Positions 7,563 to 19,400 of a stretch of 39,531 nt of DNA are shown piece by piece. The notes under the pieces were generated by a model, which did no database searches, had not been told where the DNA came from, and was given only the letters and a program-made list of their open reading frames with translations. Positions within the stretch are counted from its first letter, which is position 1; each line of letters opens with the position of its first letter. Both the position numbers and the translations under genes were made by a program. Where the stretch lies: the IMG/VR virus record IMGVR_UViG_3300037506_000146, positions 1-39,531 of that record, one strand, 5' to 3'. Source of the stretch: a virus (Duplodnaviria > Caudoviricetes).

Positions 7563-9613
7563 AAGAATACGACTACGAGATCGACGATTCCCATCTGATT
7601 GCCACAAATCTATCTGGAGACGTCAGCGGTAAGAAGAAACGAGCGATGGCGATTATCCAGTCGGTGAGAAGCATTAAAGAAGAATATGACGCAGCTCGTC
7701 GTGTGCGAGAAGACACCTGGTTGGAGTCATGGGCGGCTTATCTCGGAACGCCTCAAAGTAACCGATGGGTTCGGCAGCGCATCTCGCAAGTGGTCGGAAA
7801 TGTGCAGGCCGACTGGAGACATCAACTGACCACCAGTAAAGCGTTTGAGATTGTTGAGACCGTTAACTCTTGGCTACAGGGTGCTTTTTTTCCAAACCAC
7901 AACTGGTTTGACTTGCTGCCGAAGATGCACGTTGGGGATCCTGAATGGAAGAAGTACCTCAGGATGATGAAAAAGTATACCCATAAGAAGCTGACGGATG
8001 CGATGTTTGTGGATCATTGGGACGCCAATGTCCGACAAGCCATTATTACAGGCACATCTTGTATTGCTCTACCTTGGCGCTATGAAACGAAACATAGCTT
8101 CAGAAATGTGCTCATTCGCGATCCACACGAGGGAGACCTTGTTACGGCTCAGCCGACAGAACGAGTGGTAAAGAATGCACCTGAGCTGGAAGTACTGGAT
8201 ATGTTTGATGTTTGGTTAGACCCCGGTGCTCGAAACCCAAATGACTCTAACTTTATCCGGCGGATCATCAAAACCAAAGGGGAAGTGATCCGCCTGGTGG
8301 AAGAAGGAGTGTACGACCTGACCACCGTTAAAAAAATCCAGGAGATGAAGCCAAAAGATACCCTGCCAAACACAAAACGACATGAACTCAATGACTTTTT
8401 AGGAATCTCAAACAGTGTGGGTTATTGGTCACCGACAGACACGATCGAGATTATTGAGTTTTGGGGTGATTTACGGCTCAAAGACATTGAATACAGCGAT
8501 GTGGTGGTTGCGATCGCCGGGGATTGCTTGTTGGCATTTGAAACGAACCCATTTTGGGAAGGCAAGCCATTCATTTTTACAACCTACATTCCCGTATTAA
8601 ATTCACCTTATGGCTTGTCCGCACTCGACCCCGTGCTGGGTAACATCCATGAACTCAATATCATTATGAATCAGCGGTTGGACGGCGGTGAGCTTGCCAC
8701 CAACCCCATGTGGGAGGTGCTCAATGACGGGACGGTTGACTTAGACCAGATTTACACCGAACCCGGAAGAACCATCCCAGTCGCGCAAATGGGTGCCCTT
8801 AAACCAATCCCAAGAGATACAGACTTCCAGTACTCCATCACCGAAGAGCAGTTACTGTCCAGCAAGATCGAAAAAGCAACAGGCACCACACCCTTTATTG
8901 CCGCCGGTGTTGGCAGAAGCGGTGAACGGGTGACCGCCCAAGAGATCAACGCACAACGAGAAGCCGGTGGAAATCGATTGAATGGTATACATCGCCACAT
9001 CGAATACAATGCACTCATGCCGTTACTCAAACGAACCTATGCGTATATGCAACAGTTTGTTACTGTGCCTGAGGTGGTTCGTATTCGAGGGGAACAGCCT
9101 GGGAGTTGGGAATACCTCGAAGTAGGCCCGGGGCAGTTATCCATCGATATGGACGTGATACCGCTGGGAGCGGATCACATTGCAAATAGAGAGTTTGAAC
9201 TCAAAAATCGATTGGACTTTTTGCAAGCAGTAAGCTCAGTGCCACAAATGGCGGAGCAGTTGAACTGGACTGAAGTTTTAATAGACTTAGCCTCTAGATT
9301 TTTGGAAGAGGACTATGAACGGTTTATTAACGCTGAAGCACCTCAAGCGTATGGAGCGGCGCTACCTGACCAGACAGCAGCTCTTCAAGGTGCTGCTCCT
9401 GAAGCGCAGCCTGAGGAATCACTTGGTGGCTCTATACCTGTTGGTTTGGGTGGTGGTGGTGTTGCTCCAATATCATCTCAGGACTTATCGGCAATTGAAG
9501 AAGCAGCACAGTTTAGTGGAGGACAACCGGCGGTTGGAGCACTGAAAGCATCCATGATGGCGCAGCCGGTCGGTGACATACTGGAACAATTGCGATCAGG
9601 CTTAGGTATCTAG
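7559..9613 (+). CDS. Portal (head-tail connector) protein
   Basis: 684 aa between terminase and scaffold; portal-like motifs SPYGLSAL and RVTAQEI; low-complexity C-terminus. Confidence 0.88.
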   Translation: MKEYDYEIDDSHLIATNLSGDVSGKKKRAMAIIQSVRSIKEEYDAARRVREDTWLESWAAYLGTPQSNRWVRQRISQVVGNVQADWRHQLTTSKAFEIVETVNSWLQGAFFPNHNWFDLLPKMHVGDPEWKKYLRMMKKYTHKKLTDAMFVDHWDANVRQAIITGTSCIALPWRYETKHSFRNVLIRDPHEGDLVTAQPTERVVKNAPELEVLDMFDVWLDPGARNPNDSNFIRRIIKTKGEVIRLVEEGVYDLTTVKKIQEMKPKDTLPNTKRHELNDFLGISNSVGYWSPTDTIEIIEFWGDLRLKDIEYSDVVVAIAGDCLLAFETNPFWEGKPFIFTTYIPVLNSPYGLSALDPVLGNIHELNIIMNQRLDGGELATNPMWEVLNDGTVDLDQIYTEPGRTIPVAQMGALKPIPRDTDFQYSITEEQLLSSKIEKATGTTPFIAAGVGRSGERVTAQEINAQREAGGNRLNGIHRHIEYNALMPLLKRTYAYMQQFVTVPEVVRIRGEQPGSWEYLEVGPGQLSIDMDVIPLGADHIANREFELKNRLDFLQAVSSVPQMAEQLNWTEVLIDLASRFLEEDYERFINAEAPQAYGAALPDQTAALQGAAPEAQPEESLGGSIPVGLGGGGVAPISSQDLSAIEEAAQFSGGQPAVGALKASMMAQPVGDILEQLRSGLGI

Positions 9614-9657
9614 GTGCTAAGCGTGACAACAGTAAAACATAAATTGTCACCACACGT

Positions 9658-10458
9658 ATGAACATCAAGCAAGGGACTATACCACCAAAAATCAGCGTAC
9701 CTGAAGAAGAGGATTACTCCGTTGAACGATACGGATATTTTGAGGATGACACTGTTGAGAACCCTGAAGAAGAACAGGTAGAGACAGTTGATTCTGACAG
9801 TACAGATATCGACGCTGAAGCACAAGAAGATAAAAGTGAATTAGACCTATATATTGATGAATTAAACAAAAAAACGGGAGACTCAAACGAATCTCCCTCA
9901 CAAGAAAGCCACGATACCCAGGATACCACATACACTGAAGCTGATAAAAATTTTAACGCATCATTTGAAAAGTTGTTTGGTATGCCAGTCAATGATGCGT
10001 TGAACTTAGTGCAAGAACTGGTTGCATTTAGGGCACAAGTTGAAGCAAGCGGTGGGACAAAAGCTCTCGCTCAGATGAGTGTTGCACGTCAAGAGGAAAT
10101 ACTAAAAACCGATTGGCAGGTCGATCAAGCAGAGTTTAATCAACGAATGCGAGCAATCCGTGCGTACTTTAATACGTTACCGCCGAACAAACAACAAGCA
10201 CTAGATGATGTGGATGGGGCAAAAATTATTTGGGCAAAAATCGAAGGAGATTTGAAAAAACGGTCGATGAAAGCCACACCATCCATTAACCGTAGCTCAC
10301 GAGCTACAACCCCTCAAGGTCGTATTAATCAACCAAAACAACTCTACAAAATGAGTGATTTAGTTGAAATGTCAGACGATGAATATCGTCGTATTAACTG
10401 GTCGGATATCCCACCAGAGGCTGTCGAATACGACCCAAGTTACATCAGAGCATTTTAG
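9658..10458 (+). CDS. Capsid scaffolding protein
   Basis: Acidic disordered N-terminus, helical core; lies between portal and capsid. Confidence 0.75.
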   Translation: MNIKQGTIPPKISVPEEEDYSVERYGYFEDDTVENPEEEQVETVDSDSTDIDAEAQEDKSELDLYIDELNKKTGDSNESPSQESHDTQDTTYTEADKNFNASFEKLFGMPVNDALNLVQELVAFRAQVEASGGTKALAQMSVARQEEILKTDWQVDQAEFNQRMRAIRAYFNTLPPNKQQALDDVDGAKIIWAKIEGDLKKRSMKATPSINRSSRATTPQGRINQPKQLYKMSDLVEMSDDEYRRINWSDIPPEAVEYDPSYIRAF

Positions 10459-10477
10459 AGATTAGGAGTGAGCGAAC

Positions 10478-11464
10478 ATGCCGTATACCGTTAAAGCCCC
10501 GTCTGGAACTCCGTTTGGGTTGGCCGAAACAGCCGCCTTTCGACCGGAAATATGGGGAACTGAGTTAATCCGATATCGCCGGTCAAACTTGGTCATGGCC
10601 AACTACGTTAAGAAGATCGGCGGTAATTATGGTGCGGGCGATCGCATCCGGATGCCCCGGTTAGGACGTCTGGGTGTCCGAGCGTTTGTCCCCGGTAACC
10701 CGGTACACTACCAAAGCCGAACGGAAACCGAATGGATGATGGAAGTGGATCGATACATGGAGTCCTCGTTCCCAATCCAAGACATTGTTCGGATCCAATC
10801 CCATACCAATTTGCGCAATGAGTATACAAACGAAGCCGGTCGAGCATTAGCCGAGGACATTGATAACTTTTTACTAGCCCAACGAGCGGCGGTGATTGGG
10901 TATTCATCGTCGTCCCACATCGTATCGTCCTCACCGATCGACTATCCGACGATCTTGGCGGCGAATACCATACTCGATAAACGCAAAGTCCCCCAAGAGG
11001 GACGGGTGTTAATCGTGGGTGTGGGTCATAAAGCGGGATTGCTGAATGAACCGAAGTTTATCCACAAGGATTATGGGCAAATATCGGATATTTCTAGAGG
11101 GACGATTGGTGAGATTTTGGGGGTGCCCGTAGTCCTAACCTCGAATTTGACCATTAACTCTCTGACCGGGTATACCAATGGTGACGATGGTACCCCTGCA
11201 CCCACACCAGGGATGGCGGGGTCTCCCTATTACCCTACCCAGAGTGATTTTACGATCACTCCCCTCACTGCAAATTACTACTCAGCCATCTTATGTCATC
11301 CTGAATGGCTTGCCTTTTGGCCTCAAAAGATGCCAATGATGGACGTTGCTTGGTCAACAGATTACCAGGAATACCATGTAGTGCATACCCAAATCTATGG
11401 CGCTAAACTTTATAGAGAGGATGCTGCTGTGGTAATTAGCACGGATGAAGATGGATTAGTCTAA
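10478..11464 (+). CDS. Major capsid protein
   Basis: 328 aa, strong AGGAG RBS; HK97-type features FRPEIWG, GDRIRMP, EAGRALAEDID, KVPQEGR, IGEILGVPVVLTSN; followed by a terminator. Confidence 0.92.
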   Translation: MPYTVKAPSGTPFGLAETAAFRPEIWGTELIRYRRSNLVMANYVKKIGGNYGAGDRIRMPRLGRLGVRAFVPGNPVHYQSRTETEWMMEVDRYMESSFPIQDIVRIQSHTNLRNEYTNEAGRALAEDIDNFLLAQRAAVIGYSSSSHIVSSSPIDYPTILAANTILDKRKVPQEGRVLIVGVGHKAGLLNEPKFIHKDYGQISDISRGTIGEILGVPVVLTSNLTINSLTGYTNGDDGTPAPTPGMAGSPYYPTQSDFTITPLTANYYSAILCHPEWLAFWPQKMPMMDVAWSTDYQEYHVVHTQIYGAKLYREDAAVVISTDEDGLV

Positions 11465-11511
11465 ATTTTTCACTCAACCACCTCGATTCCCAGCAAAGGA
11501 TCGCTATACAT

Positions 11512-11540
11512 ACCCCTAGAGATTACGCTAGGGGTTTTTT
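11512..11540 (+). terminator. Post-capsid intrinsic terminator (T-phi position)
   Basis: ACCCCTAG-AGATTACG-CTAGGGGT followed by TTTTT. Confidence 0.85.
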
Positions 11541-12206
11541 ATGGCATTCACGTTAATCGATGTGGCGAATGATATCCTGCTTAAATGCGGGGAACGGCCA
11601 TTACCCAGTTTGAACAATACGATTGGTGCGATGGTCAAAAGTGCAATTCGCACCGCCTTGGTAGATGTTTGTAACCTCAGTGATTGGTATTGGGCACGCA
11701 TTGAGACGATCGCGACCACTTGGGTGGGTAACATTGCCACGTTACCTGAGATTACCCAACGCATCCGTGGAGTCGCTTATGACGCAGGCGGGGGTCGATT
11801 TGATCTGTTGTTTATCCCTGAATCGGAGTTTATTAAACTACCCGATAGCCCGTATAGTGACGCCTCTAATCGGGCGTATTACTTTAGTCCAATTACAGAC
11901 AAGCAAGTGCGTATCTCACCGTACCCAACAAACACAACAGAGCAGGCCAAAATTTGGTTTTATATCACCCAATGGGTGGACTCGCCATCCACGGACTCCG
12001 GCGTATTTACCGTCATCCCCGATCCATACTTAGAACTTGTTATCATTCGTGCTGCTTATTTGTTTGGTACGGATCGGAGTGCAGATGTGGCAAAACTCAC
12101 GGAGTTTAACAAGCAATACGAAGCTAGAGCGCTTCAATTACGGGGTCGGAACACGGCTGCAACGTCGCTCGGTGGGAACATGTACAAAGGGTGGAGAAGA
12201 GCATAA
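11541..12206 (+). CDS. Tail tubular protein A (adaptor)
   Basis: N-terminal TLIDVANDILLKCGERP resembles T7 gp11-type adaptors; follows the capsid gene. Confidence 0.8.
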   Translation: MAFTLIDVANDILLKCGERPLPSLNNTIGAMVKSAIRTALVDVCNLSDWYWARIETIATTWVGNIATLPEITQRIRGVAYDAGGGRFDLLFIPESEFIKLPDSPYSDASNRAYYFSPITDKQVRISPYPTNTTEQAKIWFYITQWVDSPSTDSGVFTVIPDPYLELVIIRAAYLFGTDRSADVAKLTEFNKQYEARALQLRGRNTAATSLGGNMYKGWRRA

Positions 12207-15200
12207 TGGCACTCGACAATTCAAATCAACAAGGGACACCGGGGCCCCTAGGTTCGACACGGACGGGATCACGAGATGATGAAGTTCTACAAACGGCGCT
12301 GTACGGTGGATTAAACACCATCAGTTCAAGGCTGAACATTCCGCTCGAAGACTCACCAGATATGAGTAATGTTTATGTGTCGCAACAGGGAGACATCGTA
12401 AAGCGATCTGGTAGTCTGAGTCTTTACAACCGATCCGGGTTAACGGATGCCTCTGGAACCACGTTAATACCGGTGGCTTATAAAAACGGTCAGATTGGTT
12501 TGCTTGCGAAAGAACAAACCAGTCTGGTGGTCTACGCTTACGAAAATAATTCCTTAATACCGGTCATTACAAAATCAAATGTGTGGTCATCAAAAGCCGC
12601 CGGGGTGCGATGTGATTTTGTCATGACCAGTGAGGTTGAACCCAGGATCATCATGACGACTGGCGTGAACGTTCCAATCCAGGTCTCATTGGTGGAACAT
12701 TCGGGATCAGCCACCACCAATGGATCCTATGCATTCACCGATGACCGATTTGCCCAAATCGCCACGACCAACATCATCTACTACCGAAACGGAGTCAGAG
12801 TGGCGAGTGGGTTTAGTGTTTCGTATTCAGGGGGAACGACAACCATCACACATGGCAGTATTGCGACGTCTGATCTGATTGATATCGTCTTTATCACATG
12901 GCAGTGGTGGTCAGAGTCGATCAAAATGGAAGGCGATCAAATCCACCAGCACACCACACGGTTTCATGTGTCGGTTGAAGATCAAAATGTGAAAATTAGC
13001 ACTCGGATTACTCAAGGGGTTCAGGAAGCCTTTTACGGGTTTTACGGGATTGAGGTACTCAAATCGACGAACTACAATGATCCATTTACGTTCAAATCTA
13101 ACTTTAAGCCCGCGTTAAGTACCGAGTGGAATCATTCGCAAGGAGGTCGTTACGATAAGGCGATCGCCGATCCCATCACTCCAGGGTTAGCCTATGTGAC
13201 CTTCGGTGATATTGAACCATACTCAGGTTCAACCCCGTCAGCACCAGACGCCGTACACTTTTTGCGGTCGGCTAAACTGACGTTTCGCGGGGGTCAAGGT
13301 CAGTCCGCGAACAAGCTGTTGGTGTATGTCAACAACCGACTCTACACCCAAAACACAAACCCAACAGCGGCAAGTGGTACACCCTCATCAAGCCCTACGT
13401 ATTATCTCAGAGATTCCGCGTGGTCTACGACGATCACCAATAATACGACGGTGGGAGCCTACGTGAGTTTTACCGCCACAAACCCAGTCGGCATGTCACC
13501 CGAATCGTTTGTTGAGATCATCAATGCCGAAGTGGATGTCAATGTTGTTGGAACCGCCGCGTTATCAGAGCGAACTGACTTTAAGGATGGGTCTATCTTT
13601 GCGGCGTACGGTCTAGGGGTCGTGGCGGACTATTCAAGAGGTAGCTTTCCACGGACAGTGACGATTTACCAAGGCCGTATCGTTTTTGGTGGTTTTCCAA
13701 ATAACCCCATGATGGTGCTGATGAGTAACGTACTCGACAGTACCCGTGCAGGAACGTTTTACAACAATTATCAAACGTCCCTAGAGCGCGGGCTATCAAC
13801 AGACGCTGTGGACGTGTTGATCGCCAATACAATTGATGACTTGATTACGGGGTTGATTGAGTATCAAAACAATTTGTTTGTCTTTACACGTAAAGCCCTC
13901 TATCGGATTCACGGCGGTCAAACGGGTACGATCACACCCACCAACACATACTTGAACTACATCGCTGCATTGGGAGCCGTTAATGCCTTATCCGTGATCA
14001 AAGTGGATAAGACCGTACTCTTTTTATCCTCATCGGGTGTCTATGACATCACACCAACCGTTGAGGCCGGGGATTACACAGCGGGTGAGCGGTCTATAAA
14101 GATCCGTAACCTGTTGTCAAGTGTCAATACCCCGTACAACGAGGGTACTGCTTGGATGATGTACGATTCATTAAATGAAGAAGTGTATGTGTCTGTCAGC
14201 GGGATCAACCAACCGTATGTCTCCGATCATCTCTACGTATATTCGACGATTCGAGAAGCATGGACAGAATACAACACAACTGGCGGGGTTTGGCACAGCT
14301 TTCATGGAGCCCTGCTGGTATCGTCGTCGAACCAGGTGACGCCGATCATTGCGTCCACCAAATACATCAGCTTTTCAACTGCCCCAAACAACATTGAATA
14401 CCTGCAACTACGTAGCTCATACTATTTTGATCAGGTGACAAATTATACAGTCAGCGGGTCTAGTGCTTTTGATATTGTCACAAACGTCCCGGTGCGTAAA
14501 TTAACGTATGTGACAAAAGCATGGAAGATGGAGTACCCAACCTCCATTGAAGAGACTGGGAATGGCCGTGGTTTCAGGATTTTGGACGTGACCAGTATCC
14601 AAGATTGTGAGGTGTATCTAAACGGTAGCAAGCTCGTATTTGGGGATGATTGGGTCAAAACCCACAAGTCCACCGTGTATTTGCTCACACTACCCGGTGA
14701 TGGTAACACGTTAACAATTGAGCAACGTGCTCAAGACAACACATACCCGGTAGTGGTGTATCGAGACAAGGTTAAACTGGCTCAGGGCGTGGATTACACG
14801 GTTTCAGAGGACGTAACTAGCGGCTGTTATAAGCTGACATTTTCATCAGGTGTCAACGGTGCAATTTTGACCTATGGAAGCCTCTATCCCAGCTATCACA
14901 AGTCTCCGTTATTTTTGCGTGAGTCCCTGCACAAGCTAAAAAACTTGACCCACTACATCGGATATTTTGATAACACCATTGGTCAGGATGTTTATAAAGA
15001 TAACGATGTCAACGCGGCGAGTTTACAAAATTACGAGGAAATTATTGGTCGATATAAGGTGCTGCTGAACTTCAACCTGGTCTTTATTTATGAGGAATTA
15101 GATGAAGGGTTTTCAACGGCTGATGTCTATGGATTTTCAGAAATTTATTGGGATGTTGCCTCGTTTGACATCACGCCGTCATCTCGACAATACAAACGGT

Positions 15201-15346
15201 TTGCCCGGATGGTGGAGCCGATCATAGGTACGAGCTACGCCTTTCAATCGATGATTTGGGCCTTTAGCGACACGGCATTTGATCTAGTCGGCTATCAAAT
15301 CACCACCAGCAGCAAATCAAAGAGTTCGCTTAGTTATGGAGATTAG
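12206..15346 (+). CDS. Tail tubular protein B (nozzle)
   Basis: About 1046 aa, beta-rich; motifs GGLN, NVYV..GDIVKRSG, FPRTVTIYQGRIVFGG; ATG overlaps the upstream TAA. Confidence 0.85.
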   Translation: MALDNSNQQGTPGPLGSTRTGSRDDEVLQTALYGGLNTISSRLNIPLEDSPDMSNVYVSQQGDIVKRSGSLSLYNRSGLTDASGTTLIPVAYKNGQIGLLAKEQTSLVVYAYENNSLIPVITKSNVWSSKAAGVRCDFVMTSEVEPRIIMTTGVNVPIQVSLVEHSGSATTNGSYAFTDDRFAQIATTNIIYYRNGVRVASGFSVSYSGGTTTITHGSIATSDLIDIVFITWQWWSESIKMEGDQIHQHTTRFHVSVEDQNVKISTRITQGVQEAFYGFYGIEVLKSTNYNDPFTFKSNFKPALSTEWNHSQGGRYDKAIADPITPGLAYVTFGDIEPYSGSTPSAPDAVHFLRSAKLTFRGGQGQSANKLLVYVNNRLYTQNTNPTAASGTPSSSPTYYLRDSAWSTTITNNTTVGAYVSFTATNPVGMSPESFVEIINAEVDVNVVGTAALSERTDFKDGSIFAAYGLGVVADYSRGSFPRTVTIYQGRIVFGGFPNNPMMVLMSNVLDSTRAGTFYNNYQTSLERGLSTDAVDVLIANTIDDLITGLIEYQNNLFVFTRKALYRIHGGQTGTITPTNTYLNYIAALGAVNALSVIKVDKTVLFLSSSGVYDITPTVEAGDYTAGERSIKIRNLLSSVNTPYNEGTAWMMYDSLNEEVYVSVSGINQPYVSDHLYVYSTIREAWTEYNTTGGVWHSFHGALLVSSSNQVTPIIASTKYISFSTAPNNIEYLQLRSSYYFDQVTNYTVSGSSAFDIVTNVPVRKLTYVTKAWKMEYPTSIEETGNGRGFRILDVTSIQDCEVYLNGSKLVFGDDWVKTHKSTVYLLTLPGDGNTLTIEQRAQDNTYPVVVYRDKVKLAQGVDYTVSEDVTSGCYKLTFSSGVNGAILTYGSLYPSYHKSPLFLRESLHKLKNLTHYIGYFDNTIGQDVYKDNDVNAASLQNYEEIIGRYKVLLNFNLVFIYEELDEGFSTADVYGFSEIYWDVASFDITPSSRQYKRFARMVEPIIGTSYAFQSMIWAFSDTAFDLVGYQITTSSKSKSSLSYGD

Positions 15347-15349
15347 GGT

Positions 15350-16408
15350 ATGGGAGAAGCAATAGCGGTTGTGGGTTTAGGGTTGTCATCCATTGGAACC
15401 GTAGCCCAAATATCCCAACAAAATAAAGCAGCACGCGCACAGCAAGACGCCTTAGATGCTCAGGCTCTGGCGTCAGAAGACCGATTGCGTCTAGCACAAG
15501 CGCACTTTGAAAGTACAAAAGCGTACTCGCAGCAAATGCGAGACCGCGAAATGCAGATCATTGATGCACAGACGCAGCAAGAACGCCAGCGTATGGAACT
15601 GGAGCGGTTACAGCAAGATCTACAAATCTCCTCGATGCAAACGCAAGCCAAACAAATTGAAGCACAAGCCAATGAGTCGGCAAATAACATTTTGGTGAAT
15701 GCGAATCAAGAGGCGGCGAATCTGATTGTCCAATCACGCAACCAAATGGCTCAATATGCTCAGGAACTACTCAAGGATAAAAAAACCAGGGCGGATGCTT
15801 TATCGTTCTTCATGGCGGCAACCCAGGGTAACGCGCTCACATCGGGCACACAGCAGGCCAACGAAGAGGCTTTACTCTCGTCTTTGCTGGACTTGTTTCA
15901 AAATACTCAAGAAGATGTGGCTACAAGGAACCGTTCGGTAGACGCCAACACAGAATACGCTGACACGATGGCAGAGTATCAGCGACAGCTCGGACAACAG
16001 ACGGCTGAGTACTACCGATCGACCGCTGACCGACAACAGCAATTAAACGAAATTGGAAACGTTTACAACACTAAAATCTTGGACTTAGAGAGCCAACGAA
16101 ACAAGATAGCCACAGAGTCGGCTTATAAGTCAGCCGCTGCGAGTGCAAACATGGGTTATTTATCCAACATGATTAGTGAGCGGTCGCAACAAGCGGCTAT
16201 TTCAGCACAACGACGTGCGATTCCTAATTATGGGTTTCTTTCGTTTTTACATAGTGCATCAGGATTACTTTCGCAAGCAGCTCCACTATTTGCGAACCCT
16301 ACTCAAAGACAGCTATCAACTCCGTCTTGGCAGCAGTACCAACAGCCATCTAAGGCAATCCAGCAAGGCGTGGATGTTCGCACGGATAATTATCCTTATT
16401 ACGGTTAA
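15350..16408 (+). CDS. Internal virion (ejection) protein, gp14-like
   Basis: Hydrophobic Gly/Ala N-terminus then Q/A-rich helices; directly follows the nozzle gene. Confidence 0.75.
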   Translation: MGEAIAVVGLGLSSIGTVAQISQQNKAARAQQDALDAQALASEDRLRLAQAHFESTKAYSQQMRDREMQIIDAQTQQERQRMELERLQQDLQISSMQTQAKQIEAQANESANNILVNANQEAANLIVQSRNQMAQYAQELLKDKKTRADALSFFMAATQGNALTSGTQQANEEALLSSLLDLFQNTQEDVATRNRSVDANTEYADTMAEYQRQLGQQTAEYYRSTADRQQQLNEIGNVYNTKILDLESQRNKIATESAYKSAAASANMGYLSNMISERSQQAAISAQRRAIPNYGFLSFLHSASGLLSQAAPLFANPTQRQLSTPSWQQYQQPSKAIQQGVDVRTDNYPYYG

Positions 16409-16421
16409 TTTTGGTGATTAT

Positions 16422-19400
16422 ATGGCAGAATCACAACTTGTTAGGGTCATCGGGATTGATTCAAATATTCCAAATCCGATGTCGCTGCAATCTCCGACCC
16501 ATCAACCCATTCCGGATGTAACCGGTCAGAAATTTGCAGAAGCTCGACAGTACCAAGAGCAAGCGTATCAAGCTCAATTAAACTCGATCAATGCGATCGC
16601 GGATGCCAAGGTAAAAGAGGCACAAAGCAGAACCCAATCGAAAGGAGCGGAGACACTTGCCGGTATTGTCGGTAACTTGACGGGTGGTCTGGCGTTATAC
16701 CAGAAGGCCCTAAAAGAGAAGCAAGAAACAGCGGATAAGAAATACGAAACCCAGGTTAAGACGCAACAAGAAGAAGGTAAGGTGCTGGCTCAAACACTCA
16801 TCCGAGACAAACTGCTTGAATTGCGATCTCAGGTTGTGTCAGGGGCATCTGAAGACGGTGTTGAAAAAACACGGGGCGATTTAGAGCTTATTCTGAACAA
16901 ACAGTTCAAAGACCTGTCACCTGAACTGAGAGACGAACTCTGGAAGATTGCGTTTAGTGGGTTGGATGAAGTGGCGTCAAAGCAAGCCGAACGCCAGTTT
17001 CAGCAGCTAAAAGAGACCAAAGAAGCCTGGAGAGATTACGAGTTAGCCAAGCTGAATGCCTCTACGGCATCGTTTAGTGTACGGTTGAGTACGGCAAAAA
17101 CAGTCGAAGAGCAGAAAGAAGCGTGGAATGGATTTTGGGAAGCATTTAATACAGGCACAGAAAAGCTTCAATTAGACGCCAAAGATAAAGCCTATATTGC
17201 AGCAAAGTTACTGACTCAAGCCGTAGAGCAATATCAAGGCGGTGAGAAAAATCGCCAATCGTTAGTCGAATCAGCAAATGCTGTTAAAGCGTTTTACGAC
17301 GAAATTCAACCGACAGTCGATAAATATAACAAAGGTGAAATTGGCGAATACGAATATCGATCAACCTTACGGTATGTAGCTACAAAGCATGGTGTGCCTG
17401 AGTTGGCCGGGAACGTACCAGACATCTTTAGTACCACCGACAAAGCGGTGGCTTATGAAAAGAATCAAGAAGCTTTGCGAAAAATGGCCCAAGACAGATC
17501 TGAGGTCATTAGCTTTGATGATGCAAACAAGGCAGAAGCCTATCATGTTGGAGCGTTGACGTATGACATCCTCCAAAACAGCCCGGAAGCTCGGATGCTG
17601 TTGTTAGCGGCCAAAGAAGGGAAAACGCCTCTGACCACCTTGCAGCGGATGGCCGTACAGGCAGCAGAAGACTTTAACAAAGATCGCAAAGAGTGGCTCG
17701 CGCTACAACAGCAATACGCTCAGTATTCGGTGCAGGTCGCTAAAGTAATCGACCAGGTAACCCCCGGTCGCTTGGGAGACCCCCAAACGATTGACCCAAT
17801 AACGGGGATACTAAAACAGGTCGAAACACAGAAAGACCCAGAAACCGGGTTGCCAATTTTGAGACCCGAAACGTCTCCAGAAGTCAGAGATGCCATCATC
17901 CGACTGAGTGAAACAGTACTGCCAGCGATGCGGGAATTACGCGATCGCTGGTTAGCCATTGGACTGAACATTGATAACCCAAAAGACAATTCGTTCATAA
18001 AACAGATGGAGGCCCAAACATCAGGGCAAAGAAAAGCGGCTGAAGAGTATGATCCAAAAAAGAAAGGGGGATCGGTACTGCCAAATTTTAACCAAGGGGT
18101 AGCAGAAGGCTACCCCGAAACACCCCCAATAGCCCCTTTTGCAAAAATTAACGGCATCAGTATTCCATTCCACGGTGGTACGCCAGTCACCGTTACGGGT
18201 GGTTATGGGTGGAGAACGCATCCAACTAAGGGAGACAAGCGGTTTCACGCTGGCATCGATTATTCAGCTACAGGCGATAATGTCAGTGCTTTGACCATCC
18301 AAGGAGGCACCGTCATCTTGGCAGATAATTGGGGTGGTTATGGCGGTACGGTCATGGTTAGAACACACGATGGACGGGTGGAGCAGTATTCACATCTCAG
18401 GAAGTTCAATGTAAGAAGTGGACAGACCATACCACCGGGTTATGCAGTCGGTTTGGTTGGTGGTGATCCAGCAGACCCCCGTGCAGGAGATTCGACAGGG
18501 CGTCACCTCCATTTTCAGGTATGGGTGGATGACGGCAGTTTTACAAATCCGCAATCTGGGACAATCGACCCAATACGCTATCTGTCAAGTATTCGACACG
18601 CCAAGCACTCACCAAGAGGGTTAGGATCACCGCCAACACAGACGGCCCCTGGACGGATGGGTAGTGGAAGCACATCAGGGTATCCAAGCAATCCACAAGC
18701 CAGCGGTGGAATGCTAAAGGTAAATCCGCGCCTGATTGTGAGACAAAGGATCATATTTAACAACTCAAATCCCATGTCAAACGGATATGCGTCAATCCAC
18801 AAACAAGATTATCAAGGTCGAAATAATCCGCAAGCCAACTATGGCTACGGTGTGATTGCCAGAGACCGTCAATTTGCCCGCAAAATTGCCTCTGTTGCTG
18901 ATTCTGTTGGCATCCCGGCTCAGTGGTTAGTGGATGTGATGGCGTTTGAGACAGGTGGTACATTTTCCCCCTCAATTCGTAATGCAGAGGGAGCAACTGG
19001 ACTCATCCAGTTTTACCCGGATGAAGTCGGTGGGATTACAAAGACCATGAATGGGCGAACCATCAACTTGCTCGAAATTGCCGGGTGGAGTCGAACCCGG
19101 CAGATGGACTTAGTTCGTGAGTATTTAGCCCCTTATAAAGGCAGACTAAACACGGTAGAAGACGTATTGGCCGTAATTTTTGGTGGTGAGGGATTGTTAA
19201 ATCAATCACCACAATCTCGTAGTAACACCAGTGACTCAAGTATTAGTTTTAGTGGGTATGTAAAACGGCTGGGTGAGCATGTTGGACGGCGATATCAGAC
19301 CAGTTATGATCGAGGACAACTCTCTATGCGGCGGGTTCACAGTTCTCCAGTTGGGGGTTGCCTACTATGTCAAAACATGATCCGGAAATACGGCGAAATT

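Noticed and set aside
11400-11540. T7 10B-like capsid frameshift extension
   Set aside because: No clear slippery site before the stop, and under 80 nt to the next gene with a terminator in between.
16176-16421. N-terminal extension of the 1083-aa ORF
   Set aside because: It overlaps the upstream gene by over 200 nt; ATG 16422 after the upstream stop is more plausible.
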